Positions 1 through 7,707 of a stretch of DNA of 45,631 bases are shown here, piece after piece. The stretch's first letter is position 1, and each line of letters starts with the position of its first letter. Below the pieces are notes generated by a model, which saw only the letters and a list, made by a program, of their open reading frames with translations, did not search any database and had not been told where the DNA came from. Origin of the DNA: a virus (Duplodnaviria > Caudoviricetes); the IMG/VR virus record IMGVR_UViG_3300037755_000412, positions 1 through 45,631 of that record, one strand, 5' to 3'. Both the position numbers and the translations under genes were made by a program.

Positions 1-127
1 GGGTCGTGCGGGGGCACCGCGAGCGGGATCAGCGCGACGGCGGGAGGGGTCCAGTCGAGGGGGCGCTGGGTCGCCATCAGGTGCGGGTCCTGCGAAGCGC
101 ACGCATCAGAATCAGCCGCAACGCACG
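1..127. repeat. Terminal direct repeat, left copy (identical to 45505-45631); indicates a circular assembly
   Basis: Exact 127-bp match between the two ends. ORF 77..283 couples by TGATG to the start of ORF 45198..45581 across the junction. Confidence 0.97.
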
Positions 128-283
128 GTAATCGCGTTTGAGTTTTTCAGACGCAAGCGGGGGCCACTCCGGCTCGACGCAGCACGGACAGTCGCAATGA
201 CCTTCCGGATGTCCGCAGACGGCGCAGCGATTCGGGTCCGGAGCCGGCGTGTCGTCCGTTGTCTTCCAGTCGTCGTAGGTCAT
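77..283 (-). CDS. Small Cys/His-rich hypothetical protein
   Basis: MTYDDWKT...CAVCGHPEGHCDCPCC; stop overlaps the next start. Confidence 0.65.
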   Translation of the reverse strand: MTYDDWKTTDDTPAPDPNRCAVCGHPEGHCDCPCCVEPEWPPLASEKLKRDYRALRLILMRALRRTRT

Positions 284-294
284 GGCCAAATCAC

Positions 295-495
295 TCAATC
301 GAGCACCTCGGCTACGAGCCTGATCCTGCGGAGGTTCGTCCCCTTGACCCGCAGCTGGACCTGGCTGGGCCATGGCCATGGCACTTTCAGAGCCTTCGGA
401 TCTTCAGCGTGCAGGGAAATCCACGTCGGGTTGCCGAGCTGGGCGTACAGCCAGCCGACGCCGAGGACGACGCGGCGGGGCTTCCGGCGCTTCAT
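295..495 (-). CDS. Hypothetical protein (MKRRKPRR...)
   Basis: ATG at 495 overlaps the upstream stop (ATGA). Confidence 0.6.
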   Translation of the reverse strand: MKRRKPRRVVLGVGWLYAQLGNPTWISLHAEDPKALKVPWPWPSQVQLRVKGTNLRRIRLVAEVLD

Positions 496-728
496 CGCAG
501 CAGCCGCGCAGTGTGGCCGGCGTACACGGACACCGCCCGCCAGTAGGCCGCCATCGGAGCCTTGCGTCGTCGCCAAGACGACTCCGCGCGGCAGGCCGCA
601 TCCAGCCGAAGGTCGAGCAGAACAGCGCGGAGCGCAATCTTGGCGCCCGGCTCCAGCGCGGCGAGCCTGGCAGCGGCCGGCAGAGCGAGGATCGGGTTAC
701 GGACGTGCGCGAGGGAACGCGCCTTCAT
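492..728 (-). CDS. Hypothetical phage protein (MKARSLAHVRNP...KAPMAAYWRAV)
   Basis: ATGA-coupled at both ends; protein-like composition. Confidence 0.7.
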   Translation of the reverse strand: MKARSLAHVRNPILALPAAARLAALEPGAKIALRAVLLDLRLDAACRAESSWRRRKAPMAAYWRAVSVYAGHTARLLR

Positions 729-877
729 CGCAGCCACCTCAGCAGCAGCACGACGGCCGCCACGAGCACGAGCGCCGACGCCAGCTCGATCGCGCAGCCG
801 AACGCGAGCCCCTTGAACACAGCCCCGGGCTCCGCGTCGTCGCCGGACAGCTCGCGGGCCAGGTTCGGGCCGATCAT
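725..877 (-). CDS. Small single-pass membrane protein
   Basis: MIGPNL...LAFGCAIELASALVLVAAVVLLLRWLR; ATGA coupling at both ends. Confidence 0.65.
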   Translation of the reverse strand: MIGPNLARELSGDDAEPGAVFKGLAFGCAIELASALVLVAAVVLLLRWLR

Positions 878-1869
878 GCGGGGAACTCCCTCACGCGGAG
901 GTCGTGACTCCACTCGGCCGGGTCGCCGCCCTTCGGGCTGTAGATGCCTAGGACCGCACGGCCCCCGTCCGCTGTCGGCAACATGATGGCGGAATCGAAC
1001 GGCCGCGCTCCGAGCTGCTTCACAAAGCACGCGACTCCGGCCTCGCGGCACTGCCGCACCGCCGAGCGCGCCCACGCCACGTCGAAGGGCCTCGCGCCGG
1101 GTCCGCTCTCGCCGCCGACAATCAACCAATCGAGCTTGGGCAACGGGCGGTGCGGTGCGTACTCAGGGAGCGACATCCCGCCCCACCGGAAGTCCACCGG
1201 CCCGAGCGCTGGCTCGTAGCTGACGAATCTCACCGCGGCCGGCGTCTGGAGCAGCAGCGGGATGCGCTCGTCCGCCGTGGCCTGGTCCTCGACGCTCACC
1301 CCAAGCCAGACGTTCGGGAGTGGCCAGCCCGGCCAGGGCCGCCGGTTGCTCACGTCGCCGGCCCTTGGCGGGTATAGGTGGCGGTCCGATCCGCGGCTGT
1401 CGAAGATGACATTCCCGCGCCACTCGGCCTGGCGCTGGACGTCTTCCTCCCGCGTCTCCATGCCTGGCGCTCCGGACGCGAACCACTCACGCATCCGGGC
1501 GGGACGCTTGGTCAGTATTTGGAACGTATGCTGTGGCGCGAGGGCCATGACGCCGAACACGCGCTCGATAGCCTCGTTCGGCAGCGCCTCGTGGAACAAG
1601 TCGCTCATCGAATCTACGAAGACGCGCTGCGGCTTCTTCCAGCCGAGCGGCTCCTTGAGCACGTGATCGGGCGCGAGCTGGACCCGCCCGCTCCAGTCCA
1701 CGCCGCGGGAGCCAACGCGCGTCAGCCCCTCGTACGGCCCGCCCGGGAAGTCGAAGCGGTGCGCCTGCCTCATCGCATAACAGTGGTCGCAGCCGGCGCT
1801 CACCCGCGAGCAGCCGCGGGTCGGTCCCCAGGTTCGGTTTGTCCACTCGATCGAGGAAATCGCGCTCAC
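874..1869 (-). CDS. Phage Gp37/Gp68 (DUF5131) family protein, radical-SAM-like
   Basis: IEWT..TW.P..GC.RVS.GC.HCYA, VFVDSMSDLFH, FQILTKRP, NVWLGVSVEDQ, SYEPALGP, WLIVGGESG and FVKQLG motifs. Confidence 0.93.
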   Translation of the reverse strand: MSAISSIEWTNRTWGPTRGCSRVSAGCDHCYAMRQAHRFDFPGGPYEGLTRVGSRGVDWSGRVQLAPDHVLKEPLGWKKPQRVFVDSMSDLFHEALPNEAIERVFGVMALAPQHTFQILTKRPARMREWFASGAPGMETREEDVQRQAEWRGNVIFDSRGSDRHLYPPRAGDVSNRRPWPGWPLPNVWLGVSVEDQATADERIPLLLQTPAAVRFVSYEPALGPVDFRWGGMSLPEYAPHRPLPKLDWLIVGGESGPGARPFDVAWARSAVRQCREAGVACFVKQLGARPFDSAIMLPTADGGRAVLGIYSPKGGDPAEWSHDLRVREFPA

Positions 1870-2069
1870 AGCCGCCCTCCGAAAGCGGGCCGGGCGTGCA
1901 GGCTGGCGCCCGGCCCCAACCCCATCACGTGGCTCGCTGTTGCAGGTTCACCTCCTCCGCGCGAGCCCGGCGTCGGGGGCTCGGGGAAAGCGCGACCGGG
2001 ATCGCTCCCGGCTTGGACAGCGCCAGCAATGCGGGCGCCGCGCGCCTTCCCCCAGCCTCCGGCCCTCAT
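1866..2069 (-). CDS. Possible low-complexity coupled ORF overlapping several hairpins
   Basis: ATGA/GTGA overlaps at both ends, but Gly/Ala/Pro-rich with no recognisable motif. Confidence 0.35.
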   Translation of the reverse strand: MRAGGWGKARGARIAGAVQAGSDPGRAFPEPPTPGSRGGGEPATASHVMGLGPGASLHARPAFGGRL

Positions 2070-2173
2070 CGCACCCTCCGACGCCGCGCCAGCCTCAGCA
2101 GATCCACGAGCCCGAACGCCAGCGCAGCCCCGAGCAGCACGCCCCACGACAGGAGCTCCCTGAGATCGCTCAT
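2066..2173 (-). CDS. 35-aa membrane peptide
   Basis: MSDLRELLSWGVLLGAALAFGLVDLLRLARRRRVR; ATGA coupling. Confidence 0.6.
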   Translation of the reverse strand: MSDLRELLSWGVLLGAALAFGLVDLLRLARRRRVR

Positions 2174-2307
2174 CGCTCCCACCTCTCCCGGCGCTTGGCC
2201 CAGCCCTTCACGTGCCCAGGCCGCTCGCCCTCCAGCGCCAGCCACGCCAGCCCGATCACAGCCACACCGCCTACCAGCGCCGCGACGTACAGGAGCACCA
2301 TGCCCAC
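2170..2307 (-). CDS. 45-aa membrane peptide
   Basis: MVLLYVAALVGGVAVIGLAWLAL hydrophobic segment; GTG overlaps the upstream TAG. Confidence 0.55.
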   Translation of the reverse strand: MGMVLLYVAALVGGVAVIGLAWLALEGERPGHVKGWAKRRERWER

Positions 2308-3041
2308 TAGCTGTGCGCCTCGGCCTCGACCCTGGACAGATAAAAGTGCAGCCCGCCGCCGCATTCCGTGGTCCAGTCCTCATCCCACTTGTCCGGCCGG
2401 ACCACAGCGCCCTTCTCGTAGAAGAAACCCTTTGTGTGCAGGCTTTCTGCTTTCGCGCCGTCCGGAAACGTCGCCATGACCACCGCCGCCTCAGCACGGC
2501 ACTTCCGCCCGAAGGCATGCGAGCGCCTCGCGGCGAGCGGGATCAGAAGCTGCACAATCACGCCGTTTCGACACTTCTTCCAGCCGATCAGATCGCCCTC
2601 CGGCAGGATGCGCGTCCGCGCGATGGCCAGATCGGCGCCTTTTACGCCCTGGAGGTACGCGCCCTGGAGGTCCGCGCCCTGGAGGTCCGCGCCCCGGAGG
2701 TCCGCGCCCCGGAGGTACGCGCCCTGGAGGTCCGCGCCCTGGAGGTCCGCGCCCTGGAGGTCCGCGCCCCGGAGGTCCGCGCCCTGGAGGTCCGCGCCCT
2801 GGAGGTCCGCGCCCCGGAGGTCCGCGCCCTGGAGGTCCGCGCCCTGGAGGTCCGCGCCCCGGAGGTACGCGCCCCGGAGGTACGCGCCCTGGAGGTACGC
2901 GCCCTGGAGGTCCGCGCCCTGGAGGTCCGCGCCCTGGAGGTCCGCGCCCTCACCGCCAGGCTCCGAGCGGTTCCACCTGGCGTGCTTCTCCAGGATGTCG
3001 CGCCACTCGTCCTTCGTCGGCGTCTTGCCCGCCCAGCTCAT
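2307..3041 (-). CDS. Pentapeptide-repeat protein with C-terminal DUF5758-like domain
   Basis: 20 x GA(D/Y)L(Q/R), followed by PEGDLIGWKKC..IVQLLIP..ARRSHAFGRKCRAE..CGGGLHFYLSR. Confidence 0.92.
   Translation of the reverse strand: MSWAGKTPTKDEWRDILEKHARWNRSEPGGEGADLQGADLQGADLQGAYLQGAYLRGAYLRGADLQGADLQGADLRGADLQGADLQGADLRGADLQGADLQGADLQGAYLRGADLRGADLQGADLQGAYLQGVKGADLAIARTRILPEGDLIGWKKCRNGVIVQLLIPLAARRSHAFGRKCRAEAAVVMATFPDGAKAESLHTKGFFYEKGAVVRPDKWDEDWTTECGGGLHFYLSRVEAEAHS
2645..2950. repeat. 15-bp tandem repeat, about 20 units (gcgccc[t/c]ggaggt[c/a]c)
   Basis: Directly visible; encodes the pentapeptide repeat. Confidence 0.97.
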
Positions 3042-3283
3042 GCTCTTGCCTCCTGCGCCGCGAGGACACGTGCGCGCTCACGCAGCCTCAGCACTTCTCC
3101 GGCACCCTCGATCAGCGTCATCCCCAGCCGCGTCGCCTCCTCCGGCTTCAGCCACGCCGTCCAGTCGATCGCAGTGTTGTCCGGCAGCCCGCCGCTGAAC
3201 TCGACGCCCTTCTCCGGATGGGTGTCTCCAACCAGGAACTCCATGCCGCCGGCCAGGACAGACCTGTTCAAGTGCTTGCTCAT
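3038..3283 (-). CDS. Hypothetical protein
   Basis: 81-aa ORF with GGGGAG RBS and ATGA overlap. Confidence 0.7.
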   Translation of the reverse strand: MSKHLNRSVLAGGMEFLVGDTHPEKGVEFSGGLPDNTAIDWTAWLKPEEATRLGMTLIEGAGEVLRLRERARVLAAQEARA

Positions 3284-3700
3284 TCACTCCCCCGGTTCGG
3301 GTATGTGGCACTGCGAGCCCGTCAGATCCCCGTGCTCTGCAAGCCCGCGCACCCAGTTCGTGTAGCCCCAGAACGCCTCGTCCTCCGTCACAGTCGTTGG
3401 CTCGCCCTCCAACAGCGTTGAGCCCATGAGGATGTACTGAGGCTCGAGAACTCCCACCCGCACGGCCTCGCGCTTCAGGCCCATGTGGATCGTCTCGGGG
3501 TCGTTGCCCGTCTCCTGAGCCAACGTCGCGTAGACCACGCCCCAGAGATAGCGATTCGCTCCGGAGCCACGCTGGAAAGCTGGCTTCTCGTGGATCGAGA
3601 CCCAAACCTGCTTCCCTGCGTACCGCTTCGTCCGCTCTGCGTGCACAGGCGTCAACCTGCCTTCGCGGTCCACGGTCACAGGGAAGCGAGGAGAGGACAT
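3284..3700 (-). CDS. NinB/Orf-like recombination accessory protein
   Basis: R...ANRYLWGVVY..LA..TG..PE.IH..LK and C-terminal IPEP, as in the NinB-like family. Confidence 0.65.
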   Translation of the reverse strand: MSSPRFPVTVDREGRLTPVHAERTKRYAGKQVWVSIHEKPAFQRGSGANRYLWGVVYATLAQETGNDPETIHMGLKREAVRVGVLEPQYILMGSTLLEGEPTTVTEDEAFWGYTNWVRGLAEHGDLTGSQCHIPEPGE

Positions 3701-3703
3701 GGC

Positions 3704-4216
3704 CTAGAACGGAGTCCCGTCGTCGTCTGAGCCGGTGTCCGTTCCGGGCTGGCCCTGGTCCTTCGGACGGTCCTTCTCACGGATGTAGTCCTGCACCACG
3801 AGCGGCGCCTGACCCTTCGGGAGCGGCATGATCGCTTCGACGTTGGCCCAAGTGCTTCCGTCCTTCATCGTGTGGACGATGTTCAACAGCGCCGGAGCTC
3901 CGAGAACCTTGTCAAGATCGAATGCAGCCAGCTCATCGTTTGTGAACGTACGGCCGCGCCACGACTGGAGATCCTTGCGAAGATCAGCCTTCTCGTGCAG
4001 TGAGGCGGTGTAGCGGCGCCGCACCGTGAAGCGCTTCCCCGTCTCCGGATGCAACTCAGCGATCTGCCAGACGAGGTAGACCTTGTGCGAAACCCGCTTC
4101 TTGCCCTCCCACTGCGTCGCGATCATGCCCAGGTCCACGATGTCGCAGCACACCGCGGGCTGGACCCCATCCGGAGCGGGCGTGAACGTCTTTCCGGCCG
4201 AAACAAGTACTCCCAT
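3704..4216 (-). CDS. Phage single-stranded DNA-binding/replication protein (NGO0469-like)
   Basis: FTPAPDG..PAVC..IVDLG, YTASLHEKA.LRKDLQSWRGR.F, and an acidic SSB-like tail ending DDDGTPF; GAGGGGGG RBS. Confidence 0.8.
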   Translation of the reverse strand: MGVLVSAGKTFTPAPDGVQPAVCCDIVDLGMIATQWEGKKRVSHKVYLVWQIAELHPETGKRFTVRRRYTASLHEKADLRKDLQSWRGRTFTNDELAAFDLDKVLGAPALLNIVHTMKDGSTWANVEAIMPLPKGQAPLVVQDYIREKDRPKDQGQPGTDTGSDDDGTPF

Positions 4217-4452
4217 TACTCCCCCCTCATCCCGGCGAACGGATCGCCCGTCCCCGGCCCGTACCCTTTGGCGGCCCTCTGCGCTGTGCGACGGCATTCC
4301 CGTCCGTACTTCTGAGCCGCCAGCCGCCGCTGTAGCTCGTTGCACGTCGCGCAGATCACCTCAACCTCGCCCTTGAGCTTCGCGGGATGGTCCCGCCACT
4401 CACAGGGTCCGTAGCGAACGCGGTGACAACGGACGCAGCGAATCGGGATCAT
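4216..4452 (-). CDS. Small Cys-rich (Zn-binding?) protein
   Basis: CVRC...CATC motifs; coupled to both neighbours. Confidence 0.65.
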   Translation of the reverse strand: MIPIRCVRCHRVRYGPCEWRDHPAKLKGEVEVICATCNELQRRLAAQKYGRECRRTAQRAAKGYGPGTGDPFAGMRGE

Positions 4453-4739
4453 CGGCCTTCCGCCTTGGCGATGGCGGCCAGCACTGCGCCGTAATGGCCG
4501 GAGTCGCTATACGGGATGCCCAGCCCGACCGTCTTGACTGCGGTATGGAGAACCTTCAGCGCCTCCAGCAGCTCCGGGGCCGCAGCGATCAAGGTCGCGG
4601 TAGCTCGTCCTCCCTGCACGTCCCCCGCGGGCACACCAACCGACGCGATGCGCCCGTATCTCTCGGACATGATCCGAAGCTCTCCGAGAGGCCACTGCTC
4701 CTGCGGATTGATAATCCACGGCCCAGGCGTGAAGCTCAT
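4449..4739 (-). CDS. Conserved phage early protein (TPGPW...LIAAAPELLEAL...AIAKAEG type)
   Basis: Characteristic motif of a widespread small phage protein. Confidence 0.85.
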   Translation of the reverse strand: MSFTPGPWIINPQEQWPLGELRIMSERYGRIASVGVPAGDVQGGRATATLIAAAPELLEALKVLHTAVKTVGLGIPYSDSGHYGAVLAAIAKAEGR

Positions 4740-5038
4740 CTCCCCGCCCTCCCGGCCGCATGTCCCAGCCGAGCCGCCCTCGACTTCTCCAGCAACCTGT
4801 CAGCCTCCGCACGCGCAGCCAGAACCACAGGATTCGACTCGGCATCCACGATCAGCCGCTTGATCGCCGCGTCCCTTCGCTGGATGTAGGCGTGCTCGTC
4901 TCGCCGGCCGTCGCAATCGGGGCACCAGCCATCGACCAGGTTCCAACTCCAGCGGCCACAGCACAGAGACATGCGCTGGCCGAAGTGGATCGGGAAGGTT
5001 CCCTGTGTGTCTGAGTCGGCGTGTTCGCGGTCGCTCAT
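4736..5038 (-). CDS. Hypothetical Cys-containing protein
   Basis: CCG...CPDC; ATGA coupling. Confidence 0.65.
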   Translation of the reverse strand: MSDREHADSDTQGTFPIHFGQRMSLCCGRWSWNLVDGWCPDCDGRRDEHAYIQRRDAAIKRLIVDAESNPVVLAARAEADRLLEKSRAARLGHAAGRAGR

Positions 5039-5253
5039 CGCTGCACCGCCGGGGCCTCTTCCTTGGCCTGAAATCCATCGCAGCTAACCAGCCACATCGG
5101 ATCAAAATTCAAGGGCCAGTAGAACCAGCCACCTCGGATTCCGACAGGGTGACCCACAACATTGGCGGAGCGGTTTTTGCACGATGAGTGCTCGTTGCCT
5201 GGAATCTTGCCGCGATGCTTGCACGCGTAACAGTTCGGATTGTTGTCGCTCAT
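5035..5253 (-). CDS. Conserved small phage protein (CYACKHR..IPGNEHSSC...GWFYWP.NFDP.W..SC.GF)
   Basis: Distinctive Cys/Trp pattern; ATGA coupling. Confidence 0.75.
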   Translation of the reverse strand: MSDNNPNCYACKHRGKIPGNEHSSCKNRSANVVGHPVGIRGGWFYWPLNFDPMWLVSCDGFQAKEEAPAVQR

Positions 5254-5591
5254 CGCGCACCGTTCCCGCCCACGTGGGCCCTGACGCGCGCGTGGAGCTG
5301 CTCCATCTCCGCAGCACGCAGCGGATCGTCACGCCGCCTCGCGTGCGCTCGCTCCTCCGCGTCCTTCCGCGCATGCCACGCCGCGGCAGCGACCAGCACG
5401 CGTCTCACCACGTCCTCGCCCAGCGGCCCGAGCTCGAAGCCGAGCTCCGCGCCGTAGAACCGGAACACCCCGGCACACTCCGCGATGAGCGCAGGGTCCG
5501 GCTGCCAGTCCTGACGCGCCGGCTCCGTCAGCCGGCGCTCCACGATCAGGCTCGGCTTCGTGGGCGTGTCGTCTTGCTTGTGGGTGTCCAT
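5250..5591 (-). CDS. Hypothetical protein
   Basis: 113-aa ORF with GAGG RBS and ATGA overlap. Confidence 0.65.
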   Translation of the reverse strand: MDTHKQDDTPTKPSLIVERRLTEPARQDWQPDPALIAECAGVFRFYGAELGFELGPLGEDVVRRVLVAAAAWHARKDAEERAHARRRDDPLRAAEMEQLHARVRAHVGGNGAR

Positions 5592-5594
5592 GGC

Positions 5595-5723
5595 TCAGCC
5601 TCTCAGTCCAGGCACGGCGCGGAGAGCAGCACGCGCGCGGCGCATCCATCGAAGGACGAAGAGCCCAAATGGTGAGTGATCGCAGATCCAGCCATAGCGA
5701 CAGATCCGGCATTCTCTGGTCAT
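5595..5723 (-). CDS. 42-aa Cys-containing peptide (not in ORF track)
   Basis: Manual translation MTRECRICRYGWICDH...GLRG*; ATGA overlap with the upstream ORF. Confidence 0.5.
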   Translation of the reverse strand: MTRECRICRYGWICDHSPFGLFVLRWMRRARAALRAVPGLRG

Positions 5724-5887
5724 CGCAGCCCCGGCACGCGGAGGGAAGGATTGACCCGGAGCCCGTGCTCCGTCGTCCAGACGTCGGCTACGGCGCTACC
5801 GACCACCAGCGCGTCGAGTGTGTCGGCTCGGGCGCCCCCAGCGGCCAGGACGATTCCGAGAACCAGACTGAAGCTGTGTCGCACCAT
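5720..5887 (-). CDS. 55-aa hydrophobic peptide with signal-peptide-like N-terminus (not in ORF track)
   Basis: MVRHSFSLVLGIVLAAGGARA-DTLDALVVGSAVADVWTTEHGLRVNP..; AAGGGGG upstream. Confidence 0.5.
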   Translation of the reverse strand: MVRHSFSLVLGIVLAAGGARADTLDALVVGSAVADVWTTEHGLRVNPSLRVPGLR

Positions 5888-6049
5888 GACCCCCTTGGAC
5901 CGTTCTTGCCAGAACTGCCGATGGGGGCGTGTGTGTGAGTTACGCGGGCTCGACCGGAGTCAGCGACTTCGGCGCGGCGTATCCCTGCCTGCGCTGCGTG
6001 CCGCACAACCCGGTGACTAAGCTGCGTTCCCACGATCCCCCCGTCTGCT

Positions 6050-6256
6050 CTACGACTTGCGGCGCTTGGACCGAGCCGACTTGGACTCTTCTTGGCCCAG
6101 CAGACTTCTCAGCGCCAGTTTCGACCGTGTCGAGATGAAAATCACGTCGTTTTCCCAACGCGAGATCGTCTCGGGCGCGACATCCAGCGCCTCGGCCAGT
6201 TCTACCTGAGTCCAACCCTGCGCCAATCGGCCCGCCTTGATCTGCGCTCCGGTCAT
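6050..6256 (-). CDS. XRE/Cro-like helix-turn-helix regulator
   Basis: IKAGRLAQGWTQVELAEALDVAPETISRWEN is a canonical HTH_3 pattern. Confidence 0.92.
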   Translation of the reverse strand: MTGAQIKAGRLAQGWTQVELAEALDVAPETISRWENDVIFISTRSKLALRSLLGQEESKSARSKRRKS

Positions 6257-6266
6257 CTTGCAGCCC

Positions 6267-6295
6267 AATCTAGGCGACCGCTGATCCTATGTCAA
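6267..6295 (-). promoter_or_regulatory. Sigma70-type early promoter for the HTH gene and early operon
   Basis: TTGACA (6295-6290), 17 nt, TAGATT (6272-6267); ATG only 10 nt downstream, so nearly leaderless. Confidence 0.8.
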
Positions 6296-6448
6296 GTGCT
6301 TTCTTGGGCCCCGCGAAAGTGTTCGGTTCCGCTACGGTCGGCGTTACCAGTAGAGAAGACGTGACCTATGGAGCCTACATGGAGAACAACCTCGACGGGT
6401 GCCCCCTCGTGGCATCCCTCAGAACCTTGCTCGGCTCCCTCCTCGGAC

Positions 6449-6476
6449 TTGACATTATGTCTAGTTCGACTAGATT
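6449..6476 (+). promoter_or_regulatory. Sigma70-type promoter directed at the integrase, overlapping the xis start
   Basis: TTGACA (6449-6454), 16 nt, TAGATT (6471-6476). Confidence 0.7.
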
Positions 6477-6840
6477 GTTAGATGCAGCCACCGCGGCCAC
6501 CCTCCTCGGTATGTCCAAGCGATGGCTGTACGAACACGCAGACCGTCTCCCGTTCACGCGCCGCATCGGCCGCACGTTGCGCTTTGACGAGACGGGGCTG
6601 AGGGATTGGGCCCATGCGAATCAGGGGAATCGGACACGTCTACCGCCCGACCTATCAGACCAAGTCGGGCGAGACGAGGCACGCGGGCGTCTACTGGTGG
6701 AAGCTCGGCAGTCGCCGATGTTCCACGGGGCACAGGACGGAGGACGGTGCTCAGCGTTGGGTCGTGGAACGGCTCCACGAGATGCAGCGCGGCCACCTGG
6801 TCGGCGTCCATGCCGCCCCCCTGAAGTGGGACGATCTTGA
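6457..6840 (+). CDS. xis: Excisionase-like HTH_17/MerR-type DNA-binding protein; 3' part overlaps int
   Basis: RLLDAATAATLLGMSKRWLYEHADRLPFTRRIGRTLRFDETGLRDW; start uncertain (6457, or upstream in-frame 6379). Confidence 0.75.
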   Translation: MSSSTRLLDAATAATLLGMSKRWLYEHADRLPFTRRIGRTLRFDETGLRDWAHANQGNRTRLPPDLSDQVGRDEARGRLLVEARQSPMFHGAQDGGRCSALGRGTAPRDAARPPGRRPCRPPEVGRS

Positions 6841-7705
6841 ACGCATGCTCGAGGACCGCTGGGCCGCGGACGACCGCCGCGGCATGGCGCAGTGCCGCTC
6901 CAACCTGAAGCGGCTGCGGCAGGCATTCGCAGGCTGGCCGGCGGATGCCATCACGAGCGACCAGATCACCCGCTATGCCGTCCGACGTCGCCAGACCGGG
7001 GCTGCGGCGGCCACCGTGAACCTCGAGCTCGCCATCCTGCGCCGGGCCTTCACCCTCGCCCGTGAGTCGGGGAGACTCAACTTCATCCCGCTCGTGCACC
7101 GGCTGCCCGGCGTCCACCACAGGACCGGGACCGTAGAGCCGGGCGACCTCGAGGCCATCCTCGCGCTGCTGCCGGAACGCTACCGCCCTGTGATCCGGTT
7201 CCTTTGGCTCACCGGCTGGCGGGAGAGCGAAGCGCTTGGGCTCACCTGGAGCCGCGTCGATCTCGACGCGCACGAGGTACGGCTCGACACGTCGAAGAGC
7301 GGACAGCCGCGCGTCCTGCACCATGGCTCTCTGCCGGGCCTCGTGCAGCTCCTGGCCGACCAGCACGACGGGATGCGGTCGCTGTCGCCGTTCGTCTTCG
7401 CCGGCCGCGGCGGCCGTCCGATAGACCGGACCGCGCTCCAAAAGGCCTGGCGCCGAGCTGCCATCGAGGCTGGCGTCCCGAATGCCTTGATCCATGACCT
7501 TCGCCGGACCATGGTCCGCGACCTACGCCGCGCCGGGGTGCCGCTCGCCGTCGCCATGGGCACCGTAGGCCACGCCTCGCTCCAGGTCCACCAGGGCTAC
7601 TCGATCGTGTCCCGAGACGATCAGACCGAAGGGCTCGCTCGGCTCGAGGCGCTACGCTCCGGCGAGCCGGTGCAGCGCCGCTTCGCTCAGTTCAAGGCGC
7701 CGTGA
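6614..7705 (+). CDS. int: Tyrosine recombinase / phage integrase
   Basis: ATVNLELAILRRAF, TGWRESE (R), SKSG (K), HDLRR (HxxR), GH and Y (QGY) catalytic set; GAGGGA RBS. Confidence 0.95.
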   Translation: MRIRGIGHVYRPTYQTKSGETRHAGVYWWKLGSRRCSTGHRTEDGAQRWVVERLHEMQRGHLVGVHAAPLKWDDLERMLEDRWAADDRRGMAQCRSNLKRLRQAFAGWPADAITSDQITRYAVRRRQTGAAAATVNLELAILRRAFTLARESGRLNFIPLVHRLPGVHHRTGTVEPGDLEAILALLPERYRPVIRFLWLTGWRESEALGLTWSRVDLDAHEVRLDTSKSGQPRVLHHGSLPGLVQLLADQHDGMRSLSPFVFAGRGGRPIDRTALQKAWRRAAIEAGVPNALIHDLRRTMVRDLRRAGVPLAVAMGTVGHASLQVHQGYSIVSRDDQTEGLARLEALRSGEPVQRRFAQFKAP

Positions 7706-7707
7706 TG

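Noticed and set aside
2645-2950. CRISPR array
   Set aside because: Contiguous 15-bp units without spacers, in frame in a pentapeptide gene; no cas genes present.
5890-6045. C4-like antisense RNA or tRNA in the gap after the HTH gene
   Set aside because: Some pairing potential, but I could not build a cloverleaf or match C4 consensus by eye; needs Infernal.
6296-6446. tRNA-derived attP core
   Set aside because: No T-arm (GGTTCGAxTCC) or tRNA 3' fragment recognisable here or elsewhere in the window.
6590-6640. Xis-Int fusion by frameshift
   Set aside because: No clear slippery site, and int has its own RBS and ATG. Not fully excluded, given the long xis overlap.
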